Positions 12,411 through 27,400 of a stretch of DNA of 64,000 nt are shown in pieces. Positions within the stretch are counted from its first letter, which is position 1. Every line of letters begins with the position of its first letter. The notes under the pieces are model-generated. The model did not search any database, was not told the DNA's origin, and was given only the letters and a program-made list of their open reading frames with translations. A program made the position numbers and the translations under genes. This stretch comes from Eledone cirrhosa. Taxonomy: Eukaryota. The stretch is taken from the NCBI GenBank assembly GCA_964016885.1, contig OZ024743.1, positions 280,302,001 through 280,366,000 on the forward strand. Direction: 5' to 3'.

Positions 12411-15400
12411 GTATTAATATATGTGGTAATGTTGTGTATAGTAATGGTGTTTGTATTAATGTATGTGGTAATGTTGGGTATAGTAATGGTGTTTGTATTA
12501 ATATATTTGGTAATGTTGGGTATAGTAATAGTGTTTGTATTAATGTATGTGGTAATGTTGGGTATAGTAATAGTGTTTGTATTAATGTATGTGGTAATGT
12601 TAGGTATAGTAATGGTGTTTGTATTAATATATGTGGTAATGTTGGGTATAGTAATGGTGTTTGTATTAATGTATGTGGTAATGTTGTGTATAGTAATGGT
12701 GTTTGTATTAATGTATGTGGTAATGTTGGGTATAGTAATGGTGTTTGTATTAATATATTTGGTTATGTTGGGTATAGTAATAGTGTTTGTATTAATGTAT
12801 GTGGTAATGTTGGGTATAGTAATGGTGTTTGTATTAATATATTTGGTAATGTTGGGTATAGTAATAGTGTTTGTATTAATGTATGTGGTAATGTTGGGTA
12901 TAGTAATGGTGTTTGTATTAATACATTTGGTAATGTTGGGTATAGTAATAGTGTTTGTATTAATATATGTGGTAATGTTGGGTATAGTAATGGTGTTTGT
13001 ATAAATATATTTGGTAATGTTGGGTATAGTAATAGTGTTTGTATTAATGTATGTGGTAATGTTGGGTATAGTAATGGTGTTTGTATTAATGTATGTGGTA
13101 ATGTTGGGTATAGTAATGGTGTTTCTATTAATATATGTGGTAATGTTGGGTATAGTAATGGTGTTTGTATTAATGTATGTGGTAATGTTGGGTGTAGTAA
13201 TGGTGTTTGTATTAATGTATGTGGTAATGTTGGGTGTAGTAATGGTGTTTGTATTAATGTATGTGGTAATGTTGGGTGTAGTAATGGTGTTTGTATTAAT
13301 GTATGTAGTAATGTTGGGTATAGTAATAGTGTTTGTATTAATGTATGTGGTAATGTTGGGTATAGTAATAGTGTTTGTATTAATATATGTGGTAATGTTG
13401 GGTATAGTAATGGTGTTTGTATTAATGTATGTGGTAATGTTGGGTATAGTAATGGTGTTTGTATTAATATATGTGGTAATGTTGTGTATAGTAATGGTGT
13501 TTGTATTAATATATGTGGTAATGTTGGGTATAGTAATGGTGTTTGTATTAATATATGTGGTAATGTTGGGTATAGTAATGGTGTTTGTATTAATATATGT
13601 GGTAATGCTGGGTATAGTAATTGTGTTTGTATTAATATATGTGGTAATGTTGTGTATAGTAATGGTGTTTGTATTAATGTATGTGGTAATGTTGGGTATA
13701 GTAATGGTGTTTGTATTAATATATTTGGTAATGTTGGGTATAGTAATAGTGTTTGTATTAATGTATGTGGTAATGTTGGGTATAGTAATAGTGTTTGTAT
13801 TAATGTATGTGGTAATGTTAGGTATAGTAATGGTGTTTGTATTAATATATGTGGTAATGTTGGGTATAGTAATGGTGTTTGTATTAATGTATGTGGTAAT
13901 GTTGTGTATAGTAATGGTGTTTGTATTAATGTATGTGGTAATGTTGGGTATAGTAATGGTGTTTGTATTAATATATTTGGTTATGTTGGGTATAGTAATA
14001 GTGTTTGTATTAATGTATGTGGTAATGTTGGGTATAGTAATGGTGTTTGTATTAATATATTTGGTAATGTTGGGTATAGTAATAGTGTTTGTATTAATGT
14101 ATGTGGTAATGTTGGGTATAGTAATGGTGTTTGTATTAATGTATGTGGTAATGTTTGGTATAGTAATGGTGTTTGTATTAATATATTTGGTAATGTTGGG
14201 TATAGTAATAGTGTTTGTATTAATATATGTGGTAATGTTGGGTATAGTAATGGTGTTTGTATAAATATATTTGGTAATGTTGGGTATAGTAATAGTGTTT
14301 GTATTAATGTATGTGGTAATGTTGGGTATAGTAATGGTGTTTGTATTAATGTATGTGGTAATGTTGGGTATAGTAATGGTGTTTGTATTAATATATGTGG
14401 TAATGTTGGGTATAGTAATGGTGTTTGTATTAATGTATGTGGTAATGTTGGGTGTAGTAATGGTGTTTGTATTAATGTATGTGGTAATGTTGGGTGTAGT
14501 AATGGTGTTTGTATTAATGTAAGTGGTAATGTTGGGTGTAGTAATGGTGTTTGTATTAATGTATGTAGTAATGTTGGGTATAGTAATAGTGTTTGTATTA
14601 ATGTATGTGGTAATGTTGGGTATAGTAATAGTGTTTGTATTAATATATGTGGTAATGTTGGGTATAGTAATGGTGTTTGTATTAATGTATGTGGTAATGT
14701 TGGGTATAGTAATGGTGTTTGTATTAATATATGTGGTAATGTTGTGTATAGTAATGGTGTTTGTATTAATATATGTGGTAATGTTGGGTATAGTAATGGT
14801 GTTTGTATTAATATATGTGGTAATGTTGGGTATAGTAATGGTGTTTGTATTAATATATGTGGTAATGTTGTGTATAGTAATGGTGTTTGTATTAATGTAT
14901 GTGGTAATGTTGGGTATAGTAATGGTGTTTGTATTAATGTATGTGGTAATGTTGGGTATAGTAATAGTGTTTGTATAAATATATTTGGTAATGTTGGGTA
15001 TAGTAATAGTGTTTGTATTAATGTATGTGGTAATGTTGGGTATAGTAATGGTGTTTGTATTAATGTATGTGGTAATGTTGGGTATAGTAATGGTGTTTGT
15101 ATTAATATATGTGGTAATGTTGGGTATAGTAATGGTGTTTGTATTAATGTATGTGGTAATGTTGGGTGTAGTAATGGTGTCTGTATTAATGTATGTGGTA
15201 ATGTTGGGTGTAGTAATGGTGTTTGTATTAATGTATGTGGTAATGTTGGGTGTAGTAATGGTGTTTGTATTAATGTATGTAGTAATGTTGGGTATAGTAA
15301 TAGTGTTTGTATTAATGTATGTGGTAATGTTGGGTATAGTAATAGTGTTTGTATTAATATATGTGGTAATGTTGGGTATAGTAATGGTGTTTGTATTAAT

Positions 15401-18400
15401 GTATGTGGTAATGTTGGGTATAGTAATGGTGTTTGTATTAATATATGTGGTAATGTTGTGTATAGTAATGGTGTTTGTATTAATATATGTGGTAATGTTG
15501 GGTATAGTAATGGTGTTTGTATTAATATATGTGGTAATGTTGGGTATAGTAATGGTGTTTGTATTAATATATGTGGTAATGTTGGGTATAGTAATGGTGT
15601 TTGTATTAATATATGTGGTAATGTTAGGTATAGTAATGGTTTTTGTATTAATATATGTGGTAATGTGGGGTATAGAAATGGTGTTTGTATTAATATATGT
15701 GGTAATGTTGGGTATAGTAATGGTGTTTGTATTAATGTATGTGGTAATGTGGGTATAGTAATGGTGTTTGTATTAATATATGTGGTAATGTTGGGTATAG
15801 TAATAGTGTTTGTATTAACGTATGTGGTAATGTTGGGTATAGTAATAGTGTTTGTATTAATATATGTGGTAATGTTGGGTATAGTAATGGTGTTTGTATT
15901 AATGTATGTGGTAATGTTGGGTATAGTAATGGTGTTTGTATTATTGTATGTGGTAATGTTGGGTATAGTAATAGTGGTTGTATTAATATATGTGGTAATG
16001 TTGGGTATAGTAATGGTGTTTGTATTAATGTATGTGGTAATGTTGGGTATAGTAATGGTGTTTGTATTAACGTATGTGGTAATGTTGGGTATAGTAATGG
16101 TGTTTGTATTAATGTATGTAGTAATGTTGGGTATAGTAATAGTGTTTGTATTAATATATGTGGTAATGTTGGGTATAGTAATGGTGTTTGTATTAATGTA
16201 TGTAGTAATGTTGGGTATAGTAATAGTGTTTGTATTAATGTATGTGGTAATGTTGGGTATAGTAATGGTGTTTGTATTAATGTATGTGGTAATGTTGTGT
16301 ATAGTAATGTTGTTTGTATTAATGTATGTGGTAATGTTGGGTATAGTAATAGTGTTTGTATTAATATATGTGGTAATGTTGGGTATAGTAATGGTGTTTG
16401 TATTAATGTATGTGGTAATGTTGTGTATAGTAATGGTGTTTGTATTAATATATGTGGTAATGTTGTGTATAGTAATGGTGTTTGTATTAATATATGTGGT
16501 AATGTTGGGTATAGTAATGGTGTTTGTATTAATGTATGTGGTAATGTTGGGTATAGTAATGGTGTTTGTATTAATGTATGTGTTAATGTTGGGTATAGTA
16601 ATGGTGTTTGTATTAATGTATGTGGTAATGTTGGGTATAGTAATGGTGTTTGTATTAATGTATGTGGTAATGTTGTGTATAGTAATGGTGTTTGTATTAA
16701 TATATGTGGTAATGTTGGGTATAGTAATGGTGTTTGTATTAATATATGTGGTAATGTTGGGTATAGTAATGGTGTTTGTATTAATATATGTGGTAATGCT
16801 GGGTATAGTAATTGTGTTTGTATTAATATATGTGGTAATGTTGTGTATAGTAATGGTGTTTGTATTAATGTATGTGGTAATGTTGGGTATAGTAATGGTG
16901 TTTGTATTAATATATTTGGTAATGTTGGGTATAGTAATAGTGTTTGTATTAATGTATGTGGTAATGTTGGGTATAGTAATAGTGTTTGTATTAATGTATG
17001 TGGTAATGTTAGGTATAGTAATGGTGTTTGTATTAATATATGTGGTAATGTTGGGTATAGTAATGGTGTTTGTATTAATGTATGTGGTAATGTTGTGTAT
17101 AGTAATGGTGTTTGTATTAATGTATGTGGTAATGTTGGGTATAGTAATGGTGTTTGTATTAATATATTTGGTTATGTTGGGTATAGTAATAGTGTTTGTA
17201 TTAATGTATGTGGTAATGTTGGGTATAGTAATGGTGTTTGTATTAATATATTTGGTAATGTTGGGTATAGTAATAGTGTTTGTATTAATGTATGTGGTAA
17301 TGTTGGGTATAGTAATGGTGTTTGTATTAATGTATGTGGTAATGTTGGGTATAGTAATGGTGTTTGTATTAATATATTTGGTAATGTTGGGTATAGTAAT
17401 AGTGTTTGTATTAATATATGTGGTAATGTTGGGTATAGTAATGGTGTTTGTATAAATATATTTGGTAATGTTGGGTATAGTAATAGTGTTTGTATTAATG
17501 TATGTGGTAATGTTGGGTATAGTAATGGTGTTTGTATTAATGTATGTGGTAATGTTGGGTATAGTAATGGTGTTTGTATTAATATATGTGGTAATGTTGG
17601 GTATAGTAATGGTGTTTGTATTAATGTATGTGGTAATGTTGGGTGTAGTAATGGTGTTTGTATTAATGTATGTGGTAATGTTGGGTGTAGTAATGGTGTT
17701 TGTATTAATGTATGTGGTAATGTTGGGTGTAGTAATGGTGTTTGTATTAATGTATGTAGAAATGTTGGGTATAGTAATAGTGTTTGTATTAATGTATGTG
17801 GTAATGTTGGGTATAGTAATAGTGTTTGTATTAATATATGTGGTAATGTTGGGTATAGTAATGGTGTTTGTATTAATGTATGTGGTAATGTTGGGTATAG
17901 TAATGGTGTTTGTATTAATATATGTGGTAATGTTGTGTATAGTAATGGTGTTTGTATTAATATATGTGGTAATGTTGGGTATAGTAATGGTGTTTGTATT
18001 AATATATGTGGTAATGTTGGGTATAGTAATGGTGTTTGTATTAATATATGTGGTAATGTTGTGTATAGTAATGGTGTTTGTATTAATGTATGTGGTAATG
18101 TTGGGTATAGTAATGGTGTTTGTATTAATGTATGTGGTAATGTTGGGTATAGTAATAGTGTTTGTATTAATATATGTGGTAATGTTGTGTATAGTAATGG
18201 TGTTTGTATTAATGTATGTAGTAATGTTAGGTATAGTAATGGTGTTTGTATTAATATATGTGGTAATGTTGGGTATAGTAATGGTGTTTGTATTAATATA
18301 TGTGGTAATGTTGGGTATAGTAATGGTGTTTGTATTAATGTATGTGGTAATGTTGGGTATAGTAATGGTGTTTGTATTAATATATTTGGTTATGTTGGGT

Positions 18401-21400
18401 ATAGTAATAGTGTTTGTATTAATGTATGTGGTAATGTTGGGTATAGTAATGGTGTTTGTATTAATATATTTGGTAATGTTGGGTATAGTAATAGTGTTCG
18501 TATTAATGTATGTGGTAATGTTGGGTATAGTAATGGTGTTTGTATTAATGTATGTGGTAATGTTGGGTATAGTAATGGTGTTTGTATTAATATATCTGGT
18601 AATGTTGGGTATAGTAATAGTGTTTGTATTAATATATGTGGTAATGTTGGGTATAGTAATGGTGTTTGTATAAATATATTTGGTAATGTTGGGTATAGTA
18701 ATAGTGTTTGTATTAATGTATGTGGTAATGTTGGGTATAGTAATGGTGTTTGTATTAATGTATGTGGTAATGTTGGGTATAGTAATGGTGTTTGTATTAA
18801 TATATGTGGTAATGTTGGGTATAGTAATGGTGTTTGTATTAATGTATGTGGTAATGTTGGGTGTAGTAATGGTGTTTGTATTAATGTATGTGGTAATGTT
18901 GGGTGTAGTAATGGTGTTTGTATTAATGTATGTGGTAATGTTGGGTGTAGTAATGGTGTTTGTATTAATGTATGTAGTAATGTTGGGTATAGTAATAGTG
19001 TTTGTATTAATGTATGTGGTAATGTTGGGTATAGTAATAGTGTTTGTATTAATATATGTGGTAATGTTGGGTATAGTAATGGTGTTTGTATTAATGTATG
19101 TGGTAATGTTGGTTATAGTAATGGTGTTTGTATTAATATATGTGGTAATGTTGTGTATAGTAATGGTGTTTGTATGAATATATGTGGTAATGTTGGGTAT
19201 AGTAATGGTGTTTGTATTAATATATGTGGTAATGTTGGGTATAGTAATGTTGTTTGTATTAATATATGTGGTAATGTTGGGTATAGTAATGGTGTTTGTA
19301 TTAATATATGTGGTAATGTTAGGTATAGTAATGGTTTTTGTATTAATATATGTGGTAATGTGGGGTATAGTAATGGTGTTTGTATTAATATATGTGGTAA
19401 TGTTGGGTATAGTAATGGTGTTTGTATTAATGTATGTGGTAATGTGGGTATAGTAATGGTGTTTGTATTAATATATGTGGTAATGTTGGGTATAGTAATG
19501 GTGTTTGTATTAATGTATGTGGTAATGTGGGTATAGTAATGGTGTTTGTATTAATATATGTGGTAATGTTAGGTATAGTAATGGTTTTTGTATTAATATA
19601 TGTGGTAATGTTGGGTATAGTAATGGTGTTTGTATTAATGTATGTGGTAACGTTGGGTGTAGTAATAGTGTTTGTATTAATATATGTGGTAATGTTGGGT
19701 ATAGTAATGGTGTTTGTATTAATGTATGTGGTAATGTTGTGTATAGTAATGGTGTTTGTATTAATATATGTGGTAATGTTGTGTATAGTAATGGTGTTTG
19801 TATTAATATATGTGGTAATGTTGGGTATAGTAATGGTGTTTGTATTAATGTATGTGGTAATGTTGGGTATAGTAATGGTGTTTGTATTAATGTATGTGGT
19901 AATGTTGGGTATAGTAATGGTGTTTGTATTAATGTATGTGGTAATGTTGGGTATAGTAATGGTGTTTGTATTAATGTATGTGGTAATGTTGTGTATAGTA
20001 ATGTTGTTTGTATTAATATATGTGGTAATGTTGGGTATAGTAATGGTGTTTGTATTAATATATGTGGTAATGTTGGGTATAGTAATGGTGTTTGTATTAA
20101 TATATGTGGTAATGCTGGGTATAGTAATTGTGTTTGTATTAATATATGTGGTAATGTTGTGTATAGTAATGGTGTTTGTATTAATGTATGTGGTAATGTT
20201 GGGTATAGTAATGGTGTTTGTATTAATATATTTGGTAATGTTGGGTATAGTAATAGTGTTTGTATTAATGTATGTGGTAATGTTGGGTATAGTAATAGTG
20301 TTTGTATTAATGTATGTGGTAATGTTAGGTATAGTAATGGTGTTTGTATTAATATATGTGGTAATGTTGGGTATAGTAATGGTGTTTGTATTAATGTATG
20401 TGGTAATGTGGTGTATATTAATGGTGTTTGTATTAATGTATGTGGTAATGTTGGGTATAGTAATGGTGTTTGTATTAATATATTTGGTTATGTTGGGTAT
20501 AGTAATAGTGTTTGTATTAATGTATGTGGTAATGTTGGGTATAGTAATGGTGTTTGTATTAATATATTTGGTAATGTTGGGTATAGTAATAGTGTTTGTA
20601 TTAATGTATGTGGTAATGTTGGGTATAGTAATGGTGTTTGTATTAATGTATGTGGTAATGTTTGGTATAGTAATGGTGTTTGTATTAATATATTTGGTAA
20701 TGTTGGGTATAGTAATAGTGTTTGTATTAATATATGTGGTAATGTTGGGTATAGTAATGGTGTTTGTATAAATATATTTGGTAATGTTGGGTATAGTAAT
20801 AGTGTTTGTATTAATGTATGTGGTAATGTTGGGTATAGTAATGGTGTTTGTATTAATGTATGTGGTAATGTTGGGTATAGTAATGGTGTTTGTATTAATA
20901 TATGTGGTAATGTTGTGTATAGTAATGGTGTTTGTATTAATATATGTGGTAATGTTGGGTATAGTAATGGTGTTTGTATTAATGTATGTGGTAATGTTGG
21001 GTATAGTAATGGTGTTTGTATTAATGTATGTGGTAATGTTGGGTATAGTAATGGTGTTTGTATTAATGTATGTGGTAATGTTGGGTATAGTAATGGTGTT
21101 TGTATTAATGTATGTGGTAATGTTGTGTATAGTAATGTTGTTTGTATTAATATATGTGGTAATGTTGGGTATAGTAATGGTGTTTGTATTAATATATGTG
21201 GTAATGTTGGGTATAGTAATGGTGTTTGTATTAATATATGTGGTAATGCTGGGTATAGTAATTGTGTTTGTATTAATATATGTGGTAATGTTGTGTATAG
21301 TAATGGTGTTTGTATTAATGTATGTGGTAATGTTGGGTATAGTAATGGTGTTTGTATTAATATATTTGGTAATGTTGGGTATAGTAATAGTGTTTGTATT

Positions 21401-24400
21401 AATGTATGTGGTAATGTTGGGTATAGTAATAGTGTTTGTATTAATGTATGTGGTAATGTTAGGTATAGTAATGGTGTTTGTATTAATATATGTGGTAATG
21501 TTGGGTATAGTAATGGTGTTTGTATTAATGTATGTGGTAATGTTGTGTATAGTAATGGTGTTTGTATTAATGTATGTGGTAATGTTGGGTATAGTAATGG
21601 TGTTTGTATTAATATATTTGGTTATGTTGGGTATAGTAATAGTGTTTGTATTAATGTATGTGGTAATGTTGGGTATAGTAATGGTGTTTGTATTAATGTA
21701 TGTGGTAATGTTTGGTATAGTAATGGTGTTTGTATTAATATATTTGGTAATGTTGGGTATAGTAATAGTGTTTGTATTAATATATGTGGTAATGTTGGGT
21801 ATAGTAATGGTGTTTGTATAAATATATTTGGTAATGTTGGGTATAGTAATAGTGTTTGTATTAATGTATGTGGTAATGTTGGGTATAGTAATGGTGTTTG
21901 TATTAATGTATGTGGTAATGTTGGGTATAGTAATGGTGTTTGTATTAATATATGTGGTAATGTTGGGTATAGTAATGGTGTTTGTATTAATGTATGTGGT
22001 AATGTTGGGTGTAGTAATGGTGTTTGTATTAATGTATGTGGTAATGTTGGGTGTAGTAATGGTGTTTGTATTAATGTATGTGGTAATGTTGGGTGTAGTA
22101 ATGGTGTTTGTATTAATGTATGTAGTAATGTTGGGTATAGTAATAGTGTTTGTATTAATGTATGTGGTAATGTTGGGTATAGTAATAGTGTTTGTATTAA
22201 TATATGTGGTAATGTTGGGTATAGTAATGGTGTTTGTATTAATGTATGTGGTAATGTTGGGTATAGTAATGGTGTTTGTATTAATATATGTGGTAATGTT
22301 GTATATAGTAATGGTGTTTGTATTAATATATGTGGTAATGTTGGGTATAGTAATGGTGTTTGTATTAATGTATGTGGTAATGTTGGGTATAGTAATGGTG
22401 TTTGTATTAATATATTTGGTTATGTTGGGTATAGTAATAGTGTTTGTATTAATGTATGTGGTAATGTTGGGTATAGTAATGGTGTTTGTATTAATATATT
22501 TGGTAATGTTGGGTATAGTAATAGTGTTTGTATTAATGTATGTGGTAATGTTGGGTATAGTAATGGTGTTTGTATTAATGTATGTGGTAATGTTTGGTAT
22601 AGTAATGGTGTTTGTATTAATATATTTGGTAATGTTGGGTATAGTAATAGTGTTTGTATTAATATATGTGGTAATGTTGGGTATAGTAATGGTGTTTGTA
22701 TAAATATATTTGGTAATGTTGGGTATAGTAATAGTGTTTGTATTAATGTATGTGGTAATGTTGGGTATAGTAATGGTGTTTGTATTAATGTATGTGATAA
22801 TGTTGGGTATAGTAATGGTGTTTGTATTAATATATGTGGTAATGTTGGGTATAGTAATGGTGTTTGTATTAATGTATGTGGTAATGTTGGGTGTAGTAAT
22901 GGTGTTTGTATTAATGTATGTGGTAATGTTGGGTGTAGTAATGGTGTTTGTATTAATGTATGTGGTAATGTTGGGTGTAGTAATGGTGTTTGTATTAATG
23001 TATGTAGTAATGTTGGGTATAGTAATAGTGTTTGTATTAATGTATGTGGTAATGTTGGGTATAGTAATAGTGTTTGTATTAATATATGTGGTAATGTTGG
23101 GTATAGTAATGGTGTTTGTATTAATGTATGTGGTAATGTTGAGTATAGTAATGGTGTTTGTATTAATATATGTGGTAATGTTGTGTATAGTAATGGTGTT
23201 TGTATTAATATATGTGGTAATGTTGGGTATAGTAATGGTGTTTGTATTAATATATGTGGTAATGTTGGGTATAGTAATGGTGTTTGTATTAATATATGTG
23301 GTAATGTTGTGTATAGTAATGGTGTTTGTATTAATGTATGTGGTAATGTTGGGTATAGTAATGGTGTTTGTATTAATGTATGTGGTAATGTTGGGTATAG
23401 TAATAGTGTTTGTATTAATATATGTGGTAATGTTGTGTATAGTAATGGTGTTTGTATTAATGTATGTAGTAATGTTAGGTATAGTAATGGTGTTTGTATT
23501 AATATATGTGGTAATGTTGGGTATAGTAATGGTGTTTGTATTAATATATGTGGTAATGTTGGGTATAGTAATGGTGTTTGTATTAATGTATGTGGTAATG
23601 TTGGGTATAGTAATGGTGTTTGTATTAATATATTTGGTTATGTTGGGTATAGTAATAGTGTTTGTATTAATGTATGTGGTAATGTTGGGTATAGTAATGG
23701 TGTTTGTATTAATATATTTGGTAATGTTGGGTATAGTAATAGTGTTTGTATTAATGTATGTGGTAATGTTGGGTATAGTAATGGTGTTTGTATTAATGTA
23801 TGTGGTAATGTTGGGTATAGTAATGGTGTTTGTATTAATATATTTGGCAATGTTGGGTATAGTAATAGTGTTTGTATTAATATATGTGGTAATGTTGGGT
23901 ATAGTAATGGTGTTTGTATAAATATATTTGGTAATGTTGGGTATAGTAATAGTGTTTGTATTAATGTATGTGGTAATGTTGGGTATAGTAATGGTGTTTG
24001 TATTAATGTATGTGGTAATGTTGGGTATAGTAATGGTGTTTGTATTAATATATGTGGTAATGTTGGGTATAGTAATGGTGTTTGTATTAATGTATGTGGT
24101 AATGTTGGGTGTAGTAATGGTGTTTGTATTAATGTATGTGGTAATGTTGGGTGTAGTAATGGTGTTTGTATTAATGTATGTGGTAATGTTGGGTGTAGTA
24201 ATGGTGTTTGTATTAATGTATGTAGTAATGTTGGGTATAGTAATAGTGTTTGTATTAATGTATGTGGTAATGTTGGGTATAGTAATAGTGTTTGTATTAA
24301 TATATGTGGTAATGTTGGGTATAGTAATGGTGTTTGTATTAATGTATGTGGTAATGTTGGGTATAGTAATGGTGTTTGTATTAATATATGTGGTAATGTT

Positions 24401-27400
24401 GTGTATAGTAATGGTGTTTGTATTAATATATGTGGTAATGTTGGGTATAGTAATGGTGTTTGTATTAATATATATGGTAATGTTGGGTATAGTAATGGTG
24501 TTTGTATTAATATATGTGGTAATGTTGGGTATAGTAATGGTGTTTGTATTAATATATGTGGTAATGTTAGGTATAGTAATGGTTTTTGTATTAATATATG
24601 TGGTAATGTGGGGTATAGAAATGGTGTTTGTATTAATATATGTGGTAATGTTGGGTATAGTAATGGTGTTTGTATTAATGTATCTGGTAATGTGGGTATA
24701 GTAATGGTGTTTGTATTAATATATGTGGTAATGTTGGGTATAGTAATAGTGTTTGTATTAACGTATGTGGTAATGTTGGGTATAGTAATAGTGTTTGTAT
24801 TAATATATGTGGTAATGTTGGGTATAGTAATGGTGTTTGTATTAATGTATGTGGTAATGTTGGGTATAGTAATGGTGTTTGTATTATTGTATGTGGTAAT
24901 GTTGGGTATAGTAATAGTGGTTGTATTAATATATGTGGTAATGTTGGGTATAGTAATGGTGTTTGTATTAATGTATGTGGTAATGTTGGGTATAGTAATG
25001 GTGTTTGTATTAACGTATGTGGTAATGTTGGGTATAGTAATGGTGTTTGTATTAATGTATGTAGTAATGTTGGGTATAGTAATAGTGTTTGTATTAATAT
25101 ATGTGGTAATGTTGGGTATAGTAATGGTGTTTGTATTAATGTATGTAGTAATGTTGGGTATAGTAATAGTGTTTGTATTAATGTATGTGGTAATGTTGGG
25201 TATAGTAATGGTGTTTGTATTAATGTATGTGGTAATGTTGTGTATAGTAATGTTGTTTGTATTAATGTATGTGGTAATGTTGGGTATAGTAATAGTGTTT
25301 GTATTAATATATGTGGTAATGTTGGGTATAGTAATGGTGTTTGTATTAATGTATGTGGTAATGTTGTGTATAGTAATGGTGTTTGTATTAATATATGTGG
25401 TAATGTTGTGTATAGTAATGGTGTTTGTATTAATATATGTGGTAATGTTGGGTATAGTAATGGTGTTTGTATTAATGTATGTGGTAATGTTGGGTATAGT
25501 AATGGTGTTTGTATTAATGTATGTGTTAATGTTGGGTATAGTAATGGTGTTTGTATTAATGTATGTGGTAATGTTGGGTATAGTAATGGTGTTTGTATTA
25601 ATGTATGTGGTAATGTTGTGTATAGTAATGGTGTTTGTATTAATATATGTGGTAATGTTGGGTATAGTAATGGTGTTTGTATTAATATATGTGGTAATGT
25701 TGGGTATAGTAATGGTGTTTGTATTAATATATGTGGTAATGCTGGGTATAGTAATTGTGTTTGTATTAATATATGTGGTAATGTTGTGTATAGTAATGGT
25801 GTTTGTATTAATGTACGTGGTAATGTTGGGTATAGTAATGGTGTTTGTATTAATATATTTGGTAATGTTGGGTATAGTAATAGTGTTTGTATTAATGTAT
25901 GTGGTAATGTTGGGTATAGTAATAGTGTTTGTATTAATGTATGTGGTAATGTTAGGTATAGTAATGGTGTTTGTATTAATATATGTGGTAATGTTGGGTA
26001 TAGTAATGGTGTTTGTATTAATGTATGTGGTAATGTTGTGTATAGTAATGGTGTTTGTATTAATGTATGTGGTAATGTTGGGTATAGTAATGGTGTTTGT
26101 ATTAATATATTTGGTTATGTTGGGTATAGCAATAGTGTTTGTATTAATGTATGTGGTAATGTTGGGTATAGTAATGGTGTTTGTATTAATATATTTGGTA
26201 ATGTTGGGTATAGTAATAGTGTTTGTATTAATGTATGTGGTAATGTTGGGTATAGTAATGGTGTTTGTATTAATGTATGTGGTAATGTTGGGTATAGTAA
26301 TGGTGTTTGTATTAATATATTTGGTAATGTTGGGTATAGTAATAGTGTTTGTATTAATATATGTGGTAATGTTGGGTATAGTAATGGTGTTTGTATAAAT
26401 ATATTTGGTAATGTTGGGTATAGTAATAGTGTTTGTATTAATGTATGTGGTAATGTTGGGTATAGTAATGGTGTTTGTATTAATGTATGTGGTAATGTTG
26501 GGTATAGTAATGGTGTTTGTATTAATATATGTGGTAATGTTGGGTATAGTAATGGTGTTTGTATTAATGTATGTGGTAATGTTGGGTGTAGTAATGGTGT
26601 TTGTATTAATGTATGTGGTAATGTTGGGTGTAGTAATGGTGTTTGTATTAATGTATGTGGTAATGTTGGGTGTAGTAATGGTGTTTGTATTAATGTATGT
26701 AGTAATGTTGGGTATAGTAATAGTGTTTGTATTAATGTATGTGGTAATGTTGGGTATAGTAGTAGTGTTTGTATTAATATATGTGGTAATGTTGGGTATA
26801 GTAATGGTGTTTGTATTAATGTATGTGGTAATGTTGGGTATAGTAATGGTGTTTGTATTAATATATGTGGTAATGTTGTGTATAGTAATGGTGTTTGTAT
26901 TAATATATGTGGTAATGTTGGGTATAGTAATGGTGTTTGTATTAATATATGTGGTAATGTTGGGTATAGTAATGGTGTTTGTATTAATATATGTGGTAAT
27001 GTTGTGTATAGTAATGGTGTTTGTATTAATGTATGTGGTAATGTTGGGTATAGTAATGGTGTTTGTATTAATGTATGTGGTAATGTTGGGTATAGTAATA
27101 GTGTTTGTATTAATATATGTGGTAATGTTGTGTATAGTAATGGTGTTTGTATTAATGTATGTAGTAATGTTAGGTATAGTAATGGTGTTTGTATTAATAT
27201 ATGTGGTAATGTTGGGTATAGTAATGGTGTTTGTATTAATATATGTGGTAATGTTGGGTATAGTAATGGTGTTTGTATTAATGTATGTGGTAATGTTGGG
27301 TATAGTAATGGTGTTTGTATTAATATATTTGGTTATGTTGGGTATAGTAATAGTGTTTGTATTAATGTATGTGGTAATGTTGGGTATAGTAATGGTGTTT

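Larger units (their letters stand above)
2..15748 (-). other. Stop-free minus-strand reading frame of about 5,249 codons encoding (PNITTYINTNTITI)n; coding status unsupported
   Basis: The reverse-complemented monomer reads ACA TAC ATT AAT ACA AAC ACC ATT ACT ATA CCC AAC ATT ACC. I saw no in-frame TTA/CTA/TCA on the + strand and no indel before 15750. No ATG or unique flanking domain is visible. The confidence value refers to this being a real CDS. Confidence 0.1.

Noticed and set aside
464-17455. 5663-aa Cys/Gly/Asn/Val ORF (GNVGYSNGVCINVC)n and similar ORFs up to 52305
   Set aside because: It is a pure translation of the monomer with no unique domain, and its start is an arbitrary TTG/GTG-type variant codon. 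Common variants are non-synonymous in this frame, the ORFs switch to another repeat peptide at frameshifts, and a TAG occurs at 47243-47245.
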